Assembly (NCBI RefSeq): GCF_001194135.2
Contig: NC_068984.1
Span: forward strand, 28,291,965-28,355,055
Length of the DNA: 63,091 nucleotides
Direction of reading: 5' to 3'
DNA from: Octopus bimaculoides
Lineage: Eukaryota
Part shown: piece by piece, positions 10,220-22,637 of the stretch
Layout of the letters: each line of letters begins with the position of its first letter
How positions within the stretch are numbered: position 1 is the first letter of the stretch
Position numbers and translations under genes: made by a program
The notes under the pieces: generated by a model
Databases searched by the model: none
What the model saw: the letters and a program-made list of their open reading frames with translations, nothing else
Told to the model about the DNA's origin: nothing

Positions 10220-11086
10220 CACGAGGAGATAACCAATAGTAACCGGAAACGTTCTCTGGGACAAGCCCGTTATAGTTTAGGTTTCTGCTGCTGGAATCCA
10301 CTTTATGCAAACTTCAGGCTTCAGTCTACCAACCAGCGGCGTTGGGTGAGGTCGTACTACCACGTGGTGCGTCTTTATTTTGCAGTACTTCTCCCTGCTT
10401 CGTCGATTTTTGCGACGGGTGAAATGAAGGAACAGCATGCTTCCATGAAATTGTTTCCTGCTGGGAACAAATGCGACCAAAACAGTTGTCATGCTTCAAA
10501 CAGCTTACAAGGACGCTGCCATGAGCAATACACAAATTTACGAGTGGTTTTCATGCTTTAGGAACGGTTACTTGTCGCTTGAAAACCAATCCCGTTCAGG
10601 GCGACTGTCGATCTCCCGAACGAATGAAAACATCATGAAAATTCATGAACTGATCTTGGAGGACCATTACAGAACAACTGATGAACTTGTTGATATGAGT
10701 GGTGTATCTTGGAGCTCCTGCCAACAAAATTTGAGCAAGGAATTGCGAATGAAAACAGTTACAGCAAAGTTTGTGCCTCGCTTGCTCAAAGGTAGTCAGG
10801 ACTAAATGCATGTCGTGAACTGAAAGAATACCTGGAAGTCGACCTGGACCTTTTTTCAAAGGTCATCACTAATGATGAAAGCAGGTGCTACGGAATTGGC
10901 AAATGTGAAAGAGGTGAAGAAAAAACGATGGAAGTGTTAAAAGGCATCACTTCACAGAAGTTCCAGCACTGCTTCGAACTGTGGAAAACGGAGAATATTT
11001 TGAAGGCGATAAAAGTGTAAACATGTAAAACTAAGTGAATTAAATAAGATTGCAAAATTCCGATTTCTTTTGGGTAACCACTCGTA
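10220..11086 (+). mobile_element. Non-autonomous mariner with TIRs; catalytic domain deleted (copy 1)
   Basis: Degenerate TIRs cgaggagataaccaatagtaaccggaa / ttccgatttcttttgggtaaccactcg with a TA at the right end. Protein remnants MLQTAYKDAAMSNTQIYEWFSCFRNG, AKFVPRLL, VITNDESRCYG, then directly KTMEVLKGITSQKFQHCFELWK. Confidence 0.9.
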
Positions 11087-11363
11087 TGTGTGTATGTGTT
11101 TGTGTATATATATATATGGGGGAGAGCAGTGAATATTGTTGTCTAAAAATGAAAATAACACTGACATCTCATTTTAACAGTTATACTTATCAAAATTGCA
11201 TAAAAATATCTTGAAATACTAAAGAGAAAATTTATTCAACTAGCTTTGAAGCCACCCTATGGATGGCATTCAGGCTAGCTCCTGCAGAGGGCACCTTTGA
11301 GGCCTTTGGCCCCACTATCGGGCTGCTTCACGGCCCTCTACCCTTGTGTCTTCTTTCTTGCCT

Positions 11364-11630
11364 TTAGCCCTCCATCGCAGAGTATAGGCCACTTATAATT
11401 GAATTCCATGCCGCATAATTTTTCGCTTCTGTACGTATACTCTGCCATGAATATCCTCCTTTCTCTAGTTCCTTTTGTGTTGATCTACGCCATAAGTTAT
11501 TAGGCCTACCCTCTTTCTATATCCATCCGGATTCCACTGTAAAGCACTTTTCGCTACATTTGGTGTGTCTTTTCTAATTGCACTACCAATCCAATTCCAC
11601 TTTTTCTTAAATATTTGCTCCCTATACGTG
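11364..11630 (-). mobile_element. RTE-type LINE ORF C-terminus (a different RTE family from the GAT-tailed one)
   Basis: Minus translation IREQIFKKKWNWIG...ALQWNPDG[fs]RGRPNNLWRRSTQKELEKGGYSW...IISGLYSA*, the typical RTE W.GH/WNP.G/RGRP terminus. Confidence 0.7.
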
Positions 11631-12249
11631 TGTAATGAAACTTATTTCTGCAAATTTGCTTAACATTGATGCTGATCATAGTTTAATCAACAAGTGTAGG
11701 TGCGAGGTAAATGCAGTAAAAATAGGGGAGAGTGGGATCCATTTAAGTGACGTTTCAGAAATTGAACCTCCTTACGATGCTCTCTCGGAGTTCATAGTAT
11801 GAAATTCATTGCCATTGCTCCCGTTGCTATGCATTGCTATGCATTTAGTTTAAAATGCAGTAAAAATAGGGGCCCCACTGACGCCCCAATTAGGCGGCCC
11901 TTAAAAACATAGATCCCCTTAAGCCTACGATTAATAGACCTCTAAGTGAATGTCAAATAATTTCATCGTGGTGGCCAAGTTATTTTGCCCATCTGTGACT
12001 GTGAAATACCGTTACTTATATATATTCAGGGGCACTGATGCAGTAATGAAGACAGAAGAAGTTACTATTTTCTGGTCCATGCATAGGTGCAACCCATTTT
12101 TAACTACTGTACGCTCCAAGTCATTGTCTTCGATCAACAAACGAATATGATAACTCGAACAATATCTTTCTCTTCTGATTTATTTTCTTCTTTTCTGATT
12201 TTATGTATTTATGCGTATGTGTGTAATGCAGTTCTGTTTGTATGTATGC

Positions 12250-12263
12250 TTAATATAGGCGTT

Positions 12264-12316
<53 letters not shown>

Positions 12317-12675
12317 NNNNNNNNNNNNNNNNNNNNNNNNNNNNNNNNNNNNNNNNNNNNNNNNNNNNNNNNNNNNNNNNNNNNNNNNNNNNNNNNNNNN
12401 NNNNNNNNNNNNNNNNNNNNNNNNNNNNNNNNNNNNNNNNNNNNNNNNNNNNNNNNNNNNNNNNNNNNNNNNNNNNNNNNNNNNNNNNNNNNNNNNNNNN
12501 NNNNNNNNNNNNNNNNNNNNNNNNNNNNNNNNNNNNNNNNNNNNNNNNNNNNNNNNNNNNNNNNNNNNNNNNNNNNNNNNNNNNNNNNNNNNNNNNNNNN
12601 NNNNNNNNNNNNCTCTCTCTCTCTTTCTCCTTCTCTCTCTATATGTGTGTGTGTGTGTATACATATATACATATA

Positions 12676-12711
<36 letters not shown>

Positions 12712-12712
12712 G
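12250..12712. repeat. (TG)n - gap - (CT)n/(TG)n/(TA)n microsatellite cluster
   Basis: Directly visible; N-gap 12317-12612. Confidence 0.95.
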
Positions 12713-14589
12713 CAAAGTAAAAATAATCAGGAAGGAAGAAAAGCGTTCTTAATTAACAGCAGCCGAAGACAAATGAAATATTTCTGTAATGATCTCATAG
12801 TCCACGTCCTGTAGTAGTCGGCGGGGATCGGAATTCCTTAGATCAACATCCGCGAACGATAGCGTAAACAGATTTCAAGGTAGATAGCTACAGTAATCAT
12901 AAGTAACCATATCATAGTGCTTATACTTTTGACTATAATATTCGCAATAATTTATTAATCATCAATCATTGTTGATAGAACTAGCTATAGTGGACGTCAC
13001 ATCGTTAATTGCCCTAAAGGAGAAACAGATTCTATAAATATTCATTATAATGTTGCTATTTACGATTCTCGTAATCTTATAGAGCAAGAAATTGAGTTAT
13101 TGGAAGTAGTAAGAAAGTCATAGATTGTAGTATTGTATGAACTGAAGTGTGCCCCGGTGATGTAAGTCCTGTGTGTTTATGGAAACCAGAGGTAAATAAA
13201 ATGATGATATAAAAGCTGAATTATAGTTATGAGGAATAAGATAAAGGAGATAGTGATAGAGAATCTAAGGATGTTATAACCCCAGATTACAGGAGATGTA
13301 TTTAAGGCTGTACCACAAAGTTGTTTGTATCGGTCATGCTGAATGTATAGATTAAGATGAGTATATCCACCAAGGGAAGGTATGTCGGAAGAAAGTAATT
13401 CAACAACGCGGGTTGATGAACCGTAAGACGTGTGGCCAGAACCTCCTGGAAAATAACCATAGCGAGGGACATTACACAGTTGAATTAGAACAGTCACAAA
13501 CAGTGAAAGAAGACATGCACCCAACACCAGAGCTGAAGACACCTCCGAAAGGGGGTGGCCCCGCCACGTCAAAACGGTAGAGGAGTAGGGGCCGAAACCG
13601 GACGTGGTTCCTCCTGATGATGTCTTGAGCTAACTGGATCCGATAAAGGAGCTGTTGTCGTAGCAGACCACGAAACATGGTTGAAATTCCTCCAATAGTC
13701 GAAGCAGATAGTGGTTAGAAGCATATAGAAGATGGAATATATTATAGTATAATACTGTAGCGTACCTGTCGTGCCTGCTTGGGTTATCTCAGGGCTAAAC
13801 ATAAAAGGTCCAGAAGAGACGAAGCGGGCAGCCACGATGCATGCTCAAAACACAACAGCCCTTAACGGAAGTCGTGAAAGGCATATAAGGAGCCTTACTG
13901 ACAGAACTTTTTCCTCGTTTTTTCCCTCTTTGGGCAGTCAGTTTGCCAACTGCCCACAGCTAGGACTGCTAGCTCTCTTTCTTTCCTTCAGTGCCCTAAA
14001 CGTGGTGTTGCGATGCCTCCTCACTGTAGGTACCATCTGACGATATATTCGTTCGATGATTTTGTACATACCATAACATCTTGCAACACATATCCAACAA
14101 CATAAAAATTGTTGCATTTTAGTGAGTGTTTATTTTTCCTTTACGCGCCGCCCACACCTAAGCAGCACATCGCCAACCTATCAATGGAAACACACTTATA
14201 CTCACTAAAATACAAAGCAAGGAAGAAGCATAAATATTGCATGTATATATACTTTTCACGTCCATATGGTATAATGTACCCAATGTTCTTAGAGAACCAT
14301 TTAAATAGATATTTAGAAGATTTCGAGGGGTAGTATGAAAGATCTGTGGCATAGAATGGTTTCTGGCCACTCTATGCGGCAGCTAAACTGACCGCTCCTT
14401 TCCTTAAACGTAACATACGTTCATACGCAGCAAACACATGTATATAAAGTAGCTACTTTGTTCACATTCCAACCTGTCACTATTAGTCATATTGCTAAAA
14501 TTATTGTTTGCTATATTATTATTGTTATTATTACTATTGCTATTCAGTTTAGCCAGATTAGATTAAGAGATGTTTAAAGCTTTATTAGG

Positions 14590-15110
14590 TAAGAATTGAA
14601 AAGTTTTGCTGTGTTGCGATTGAAGATATTAAGCCATCTTTGTTGGAGAAAGGAGTACTTGGCAAGAAGAATACTTTTGCAATTGAAGTAATGACTTCAG
14701 ATTTATGCAGCAAATTAGACATCACTTTTCTACGCCTAATTCTATTGGTGCTAATGCGTCTCCGAATAATATTCAGTCTATACGACATGCTTTCGATGAT
14801 GACATTTGGTCTGTGTGCTTTGTTACGATATGGTGTGTGTTCATTTCCAATTTGCTCTCTGATAGACATATTAGTGATTCAACATGTAATATTTTTTTCC
14901 CAAATATTTGGTTACAGATCTTAGATGGTTCGATTGTTTGTCAATGTAACTCATGTAGTCTTGCCGTTAGTGTTGAAATCTGTCCCCGTATTTCTTGAAT
15001 CTGATACTTTTATTTACTGAGAAGAGTTTGTCTTGAATAGTAAAAGTCAAATGCTGTACGGTGGTCTCAAATTCACATTTCTCATATTCATTTTTATTTT
15101 CATCTGGTTA
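14590..15110 (-). mobile_element. Possible highly decayed Penelope-like (GIY-YIG end) element
   Basis: Weak frameshifted motifs FKKY.., KY(I)WE, K.CL.C and NK..LIS...QQNF resemble PLE endonuclease C-termini. Many stops. Confidence 0.25.
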
Positions 15111-15852
15111 GCAGCGTCTATCGTTAAGTATTCGCACATGAGTTGCCCACATGATCAACGAATCTAACCAATTGCGACTTCGTTTGGAAAGAATGTTACC
15201 CACGCGATCAACAAAATCTAGCCAATCCCAATTTCTCGTGGAATAGCCACCGGTGAAAACATCAATTCTTGGTGCTCTGCTTTCTGAGCCCATCAATAAG
15301 TATGAAATGACAAACATTTATTCAACAGCCAAAGAGCTTTGAACTGTAATGTATCAGAGAGAGCATGAGATGATACAGCAGATGACACGGTGAACAGACA
15401 CGGGCAGCGGCTGAAGCGATCAACATAATGAACTACCCACAGAAACACAATGACTGGCAGTAACTTTTCGAATACTACTTCAGTTGCACCAAGTAAAATA
15501 ACATCCAAACTCTCTCATCGAAAAATAAAGTTTGTTCGTAAAAACCTCAACAGATTTCCTTATTTTCTTCTATGTACAACTGTTGATCTCTGACGCTAGA
15601 AATAGCAGTCAGGGGCTTGGCAGTGCTCTATCTATGAAAGTTTATATTCCGTTTATGCTCAAAAACCGAAAAAAAAAACACATTCAATTTAGTACTCAAA
15701 GTATAATAAAGAGCAGAGTTTATATTTTTATTTGAATATTAAGTTCAATGGATCAGTTGCCCATTTCAGCTAATTTTGTATATATAAGGAAAGATCACTT
15801 GTATTCAAATGGGATATTTATGACAGAAACAAAACACATTAAAAAATACGTA

Positions 15853-16845
15853 TGTAGTGAAACCTCTCTCTCTCGGGCACTCAATCACAAATGATAACGA
15901 AGCTGCTAACATCTAACCTTCGGCTGCCTTGGACCCTTCTGTCCACCATCCTGATTGGTTCTTATTTGCGCGGCAATTGTCCCCATGTTCTGCTTGCTAA
16001 AGGTGCATTATGTCCAATCGTGGCCTTCAGATAAGGTCACGTGAGAGAGAGTTTTTCTGGGTTTCCGGTGAGCTCTATTTCAGCTATAAATAAGCCCGAT
16101 CCAACGACGATAGTCGTCTTCGATTCCAGATCTCTCACAGGTCTGGTCGCTGACTACACATACAGAACACAGCTACAGCCAGTTCCAGCGCCGACGTCTT
16201 CACCACCTATGTACTGACTACCACAATGTCGTGCGCCAGCAACCCCACCACCAGGTACACACCAATATCAACACACTCGGTTTTATATCGACACTGTTTG
16301 AGTTAATTATTTCCACCATCAGGTAACACGGTCGTAGCATCGACGCTCAACACACATATTGTGATACTACAGCTCTGCTCCTTGGCCACAACTTCCTGCG
16401 TATGAACATTCTATCTCCTTGTGTAACTCTGATACGAACTGGTATTTCTCTATCTCAGTGTTTGAGACTTGTAGTCTATGTTACAGACACTCTTTCCATA
16501 CTCTGTATTTCTCATTCACACATACACTTTTAGTGTATACACACATATTGTACTCTCACTCTTGCTTATATGACGGTCCGTCATTCACATTGTTGTATAC
16601 ATTCTCTTGTACCCGAAGGCCTGACTTATCTACTGTGTAATTTAAATGTCGCATGCACGCACACACACTCACACAAACAGTTTCACTATGTTAATAAACT
16701 TACTCTCTTTATAAATCATAACGGTTGTGTCTGTCCTACTATGTTCTTTTACTGGCACTTGGCTTGTATCTCTTACGACAAGCCTTCTATGTTATATAAT
16801 CTTGTTTTTGTGTTCGACCATGCGACATGGTAAAAAGGAGCCTTT
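15853..16845 (+). mobile_element. LTR-like unit (TGT...ACA) followed by a PBS-like TGG
   Basis: Starts TGTAGTG (15853). Contains CCAAT-like boxes, CACGTG, TATAAATA (~16085) and AATAAA (~16693). Ends TGCGACA (16827), followed immediately by TGGTAAAAAGGAG. No second LTR or TSD seen. Confidence 0.4.
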
Positions 16846-17034
16846 TCCGTCTACGTCGCCATCTCCTTTGGTTCGCACGGTCGTTCTATTATACGTATAT
16901 AAACAAATGCTAAACACACTCTATAGAAATTTTGTTAAATCAAAATGTTCTGGTTGCCAGATCTCTAACGATTTCGAAATACATTGAAAGAAGATATGCA
17001 TAAGTAAGAAAAGAGAGAGAGAAAAAAATTTAGG

Positions 17035-17530
17035 CCATTTTTCTTCAGTTTCAGCCTCTCAAGATCGGTTTCTTGCTATTTGTTGCAGTCCTGTGTTATC
17101 ACCTTTGTCGGGTTTTATTTCTTAGAACATACCCTCACTACATCTTCCCAGGTCTTTCTCGATCTTCCTCTTTTGCAGGTTCCGTCCACTTAGAGTGACA
17201 TGCTTCATACCACTTTTCCATGCCTCTTTCTTTCCAGAATCAGTCAGAGCAAGTGTGTCGTTACTATTCCTCAACGACGTCTCGGTTTCATCTAGTATAC
17301 AGTCTTTACGCCTCTGATTCTCACTACGAAGAATATGCAAAATCCTCCTTACTTCCACCCTCCTCCACTTGCTATGTCTGTAAACCTCTAGTTTGTCTTC
17401 AGATTTCTTGATATTGCACTTTGTTGCTCACTTCTTTCAACTTTTGTCATGCCTACCTCTTATCTGTTATGGGCCTGTCTATAATAATTATTTCACCACA
17501 ATGTTACCTTCTATTTGGTCGTAACCTGGT
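17035..17530 (-). mobile_element. RTE LINE remnant with the RT domain deleted
   Basis: Pre-RT motifs (KVTLW*NN, NRDVVEE, DTLALTDSGKKEAWK) are followed directly by the C-terminal VDGTCKRGRSRKTWEDVVR. Confidence 0.7.
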
Positions 17531-18146
17531 TCCAACACTACGTTTGGATTGTGACTTGTCTGTCTACGTGAATCAAGGTTTCTACTTGATAGTGATTCTT
17601 GTTACTGGTCACAGCTGTTGTTCTACTGTGTACTTTGTCTTTAATGTTTGTTTCCCATTTTTTAATTTTTTTACTTCTTCAATAGTGTCGTCTCCATAAA
17701 CAACGTGTTTCCTTCTGTGAGTGTCGGACAGCTTTCTTCTTTTTATGCGGCTTCAGCTAAGACCCTTTCCTTTATAGGCAATAAGAAGAAGTTACTTCCC
17801 CGTTATGTAAGACTGAAACACCTATGACTGTAAATAAAAATGTTATCTCCACTTTAGCATTACGTTCAGGATACAATGGTGTACGTAAGTGTCTATATAA
17901 GAGTGTGTGAGAGAGAGAGAGAGAGTGTGTGTGTGTGCATATTTGAGTGGGAGCGCACAGGCGTGTTACCTAACAAATGTGACACAGTTAAACCCAAAGT
18001 AGTGATCTGGAAAGATACAGCTCCGATTACAAATTATTTATGTATATTTATGACAAGATAGACGTGCTTCTGTACGTACGTATTTGTGTGCATGTACGTT
18101 TGTGTGTATGCATTTTGGAACCTATATGTAAGGCATTCATGCATGA

Positions 18147-18192
<46 letters not shown>

Positions 18193-19489
18193 AATGATAG
18201 ACAGAAGATGGAATATACAAGGTGTAAGCCATTCATTTTATTATCCAATACACACACACACACATATATATACATGAGACTTCCTATCTTTTAGTCTTTC
18301 TATTTGTAATCAATACAACAGCAACCAAAATGGAATTCCATCCATATTGAACCATTTTATGGAATGTAATTCCAGCAGCTGCACCGGATTCTTAAACAAT
18401 AGATCCTGGCTCTCTCCCTCCAGCTATATTCTTTTATTGGGGTCTTGTTAATAATAAGCTTACTCAGCTGGCAATTATATTTGTGATGTTCACATTATTA
18501 TTAGTGTAATCATAACTGTAATTAATGTTATTACTATAAATGATTATTGTTATTATTTCTAATGCTGGCAAGCACTGTAAAATAATAGATAATTTTCTCA
18601 TATAATACCAAGTTTGTGATGCAGCTTCAATTCCAGGAGAATTGCAACTGGGAAAATATTACATGTCCCAGCCTCCCATTACACTTACTGCATTGTGGTG
18701 AATGTACATATATATATTTCACACATAAGTAAGACAGACAGATAGAGGCAAATATGGGCAGACACAGACATACATACACACAAAGAAGCTGACAGACAGA
18801 TGGACTTTGTAGACAATAATAAAACATAACCAGCAATAAATTCTCTATCTGGTTGCTCAATTTTGCTTGACTTTGCTAACATATTTGTGTCTAGACAGTA
18901 TGTGAGAACCAAACAGGAAATTATCTAAATATCTGAGATTGGATTATCTCAGAAATTTAGATTGGAAAAAAAATTGTATTACAACCTCCAGTTTCACCTA
19001 GTGTTAAAATATAGGAAAATTTTACCACTGAGAGAACCTGTATGTGGTTGCATGACATGCTTCCAAATTACATCCTACAGTCTGAAAAAATGGCACAGTG
19101 AACAATATAGTCCCAGATACATTATGTCTAAATAAAAGACAAAATGGTGATGGCTGTAATGCTTTTGATCATAAGTCATCTAAGCCAGTTTTAACCAACA
19201 TGAGATAGTTAGGTAGAAGATGGTAAAATAACTGTTTTGCAACACTACATTCTGTTCCTTTACTCTACAAATTTACTTTTGTTTTTATGAATTAATCAGA
19301 AAAGGAAAAGTATCACCCACAATTATTTTCAGGGTCTGTAAGACTAATGAGAGGATGTTGCTCTTATATCAGAGACCAAGTCCAAATATTTGCGACAAAG
19401 TGGATTCTATTGCAGGCACCCAAGGGCCAAGCGGGGGTTTTATAACAGATTAAGTCAAATAATTAACACTAAGAATACTTTCTCCAACA

Positions 19490-19660
19490 AGCTTCCACAC
19501 AGCTTCTGTCTACCAACTTTCCCTCCCAAGGCTTTTTTCATTCTGAAGCAATAGTAAACTGCTCTTGCCCAAGGTGTCACTGAATAATCAGACCTGAACC
19601 TGCAGTGTAACACCACATGGTTGCTGCAGCAAATCTGTTAACCACACAGCATTAACTGCA
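19490..19660 (-). mobile_element. SINE family B head, diverged
   Basis: cttctgtctaccaac...cttgcccaaggtg...accacatggttgc...aaccacacagc matches the reverse of the 32161 copy. Confidence 0.6.
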
Positions 19661-19777
19661 CCTATGGAAGAAGTAGCAGTAAAACCATTATAACTAACAA
19701 TGAAACACTGGAAACTGTTAAGCCAGATATTTAACTTTCTATAAAACTAGATCTCATGGCAAATAGAATACCATCTG

Positions 19778-19848
19778 CTTTGCCAGATCAGATTCGAGCC
19801 TGATGCAGCTAGCATGGAAAGCGGACGTTAAACGATGATGATGATGAT
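19778..19848 (+). mobile_element. Very short RTE 3' end with internal deletion and (GAT)n tail
   Basis: ttgccagatcagattcgagcctgatgcag|ctagcatggaaagcggacgttaaacgatgatgatgatgat. Confidence 0.8.
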
Positions 19849-20543
19849 GTTCCTTCACCTAGGCCGAGTGTGCTCATTTAGACCTGTGAACAACAATATC
19901 CCAAATGTGAACATCTTGTTTTTCATTGAAGTATAATGTATCAAGGACAACGTTATCTAATAAGTTCTTGTTTCTTTAATTCAGTAGAGTGTAATTTGAG
20001 TCAGATTTGGATGCTATTTCCAGCAGGTCAAGATACTATATACAGCCTTATGCTGTTTGCAGAGATATTTGGAGTTGCATTAAATCATAAGAAAATAAAT
20101 ATACAAACCAGAGTTGTGAGTTAGAAAATTTTAAGTCTTTAGGGAAGACATGATTGTCATACATGAAACTTTTGGCCCTAAAGTCATTATTGTACTTTTG
20201 TACCTGTAAATATAAGTTTCCATGCGTAAGAGAAGAAGAAGAAGATCGTCATCATGTCATCATTGTCATCCTCATGATCTTGATGATGATAATCATTATT
20301 GTTGTCAAGAAATGTTAAAATACAGGGAGGGAGAGAATTTAATAAAAGAAGTTAGACAAATCCATTTTCTGTAAATATTACAGTTTCTTGTTCAGATGTG
20401 CAGGTTCTTTTTCTTACATTTTCTAATACTAGCGGTTGAATGTTCCTCAAATCAAACACTTGATTTTAAAATCAAGCCCTGTTCTCTTTGAAAAGAAAGC
20501 CACATTTTACTATTTCGTGAGTGCACTACACCTAAGAAAAAAG

Positions 20544-20790
20544 TGGGCACGTAAAATACACTTTTTTGAGCATGACCGTTGCCAGTACCGCCTGACTGTC
20601 CTTCGTGCCGGTGGCACATAAAAGCACCCACTACACCCTCGGAGTGGTTGGTGTTAGGAAGGGCATCCAGCTGTAGAAACTCTTCCAAATCAGATTGGAG
20701 CTTGGTGTAGCCATCTGGTTCACCAGTCCTCAGTCAAATCGTCCAACCCATGCTAGCATGGAAAGCAGACGTTAATCGATGATGATGATC
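20544..20790 (+). mobile_element. RTE 3' UTR, 5'-truncated, with (GAT)n tail
   Basis: One and a half 65-bp units, then acccactacaccctcggagtggttgg...ccatgctagcatggaaagcagacgttaatcgatgatgatgat. Confidence 0.9.
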
Positions 20791-22637
20791 ATGTTCATGA
20801 TTAGAATCCCTTTCATCACAGATTTGCTTGATCACATATGATCTTGCATAGATAACTTGAGTATTAAATAGCTAGTTGTTTTATTTGAAACTATGGGCCT
20901 ACCAAAAACGTTTGTCTATAAGGCTTTCTAATACTCGGAATGAAATTAGTTTATAAAAATATTTTCTAAAAGACAATGAAGAAAGAAAGGTCTTTCTGGT
21001 ATGGAAACTATTTTTAGGAAAGAAAATTGGTAAGTTGTGTTATTCTTGGTTTTTCCAAGAGAAATTTGCCTCTGTTGGGAATTATACTAAGATCATAGTT
21101 TGACTTGCAAGCATCTTACAATTTCATCAATGCATACAATGCCACAACAATGCATACAAGTTTACAACAAAAATAGTTAACAAGAAAATTACATCAGCAT
21201 CATCAACGGCAGCAACAACAGATATATCTCATTCAATCAGCTTTTAATATATTTCTTAACTAATGTTTCTAATGCCGATGAAATTAAACTATCAGAGACA
21301 GATTGAAAATTTATTTCGAAATTAAATAAATTATCAAATTATCAAAAATAAAAAAAAAGAATTATATATAAATCAATCAATAAAGAAAGAAAAGAAAATT
21401 TAGAAAAAAAAAAGATTATATTAGAAAATAAAATGAAACTATTTATTTTTGGTTTTATATTTTCTCACAAGAAGCTTTAATTACAATTTATTTCAATGAA
21501 ATGAACCTGTTCTGCTATTCCTGTCACTTTGCCAACATTGTACACTTCACTGAACCATCTCAAATATCACTTCTAACTTTGTATTCACATTAATTACATT
21601 TTTTTAAATCTCTCCCTAGTTTCACTTTCCATATTATCTTGCCATTTCTTATTGTCCTCAATTTCTACTTGTTTGATGTTATCTATTTTTTAATATATTA
21701 TCTTTATGCTTTTTCTTTCGTATATTTCTTGTTTGTAGTTTCCTTTTTAATATTTATTGTTTTTCTTTTCTTTTCTTTTTTTTTATTCTGAAATCTATTT
21801 TCTGAAAAATGTATTTAGTTATTTATTAATTAATTTTTATTTTATTTTATTTTACTTTAGTCTATTTTGTTGTTAGATTTCTACTATATTTTTAATGGGT
21901 TTAGTTTCCCAGCTTTTGTTGCTGATGTTGCTTATTTATCAGTTGAAGCATTTTTTTTTCTTTTGTTTTTGCCTTTATACTAGACCCCCCCCCCACCTCT
22001 CTTGTCCCTCTCTCTCCACACCATATAGTTTGATTGCTCTTTTATTTACTTTAATTCTATGTACACAAAGAACACTTGGATATCAATACAATTACATTGA
22101 TCTTTTGACTGTGTATGTATGCTATTTTAACTTGCATGTATATGATGTGTATATGATTGATATACAAGGTGATATGTGATGTATATATATATGATGGGGA
22201 ATTTACATTATTTTTTCCTATCTTATTTTCCCTGCACGTGTTTGAATGGGTGCAAGAAAAAAAAATTTTCATTGGCACTTAGACGAACAGACAGACAAGT
22301 AGAGAGAAAGGAGTATATACGTATGATATAAGCTCTGAAAATATTTAAGTATTTTCTGGAATTAGTGTTAGCATTTGACTTTTGCAGTCAAAACTCTGTT
22401 GAAAGTATTTCCATGCCCTCTTGCAGCTTAAACTATATTCTCTTGTGTATGTATATGTGTGCGTGTATTTATGAATATTTATAAGTGTCTATAAATTGTG
22501 AAGTGTACATAAGCATGTGTTTATTTATAAATATTTATATGTGTCTATGTAATTAGAAGTGCTGCAGATGGGAGTGTGACTGTGTATGTAGATAAATGCA
22601 AAGAAAGAAAATAAGTGTTTATTAATATTTAATATTT

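Noticed and set aside
13177-13572. 131-aa minus-strand ORF that looks like a membrane protein
   Set aside because: It starts at TTG, has no recognisable homology and no coherent splice or start context; neighbouring frames look like decayed TE sequence.
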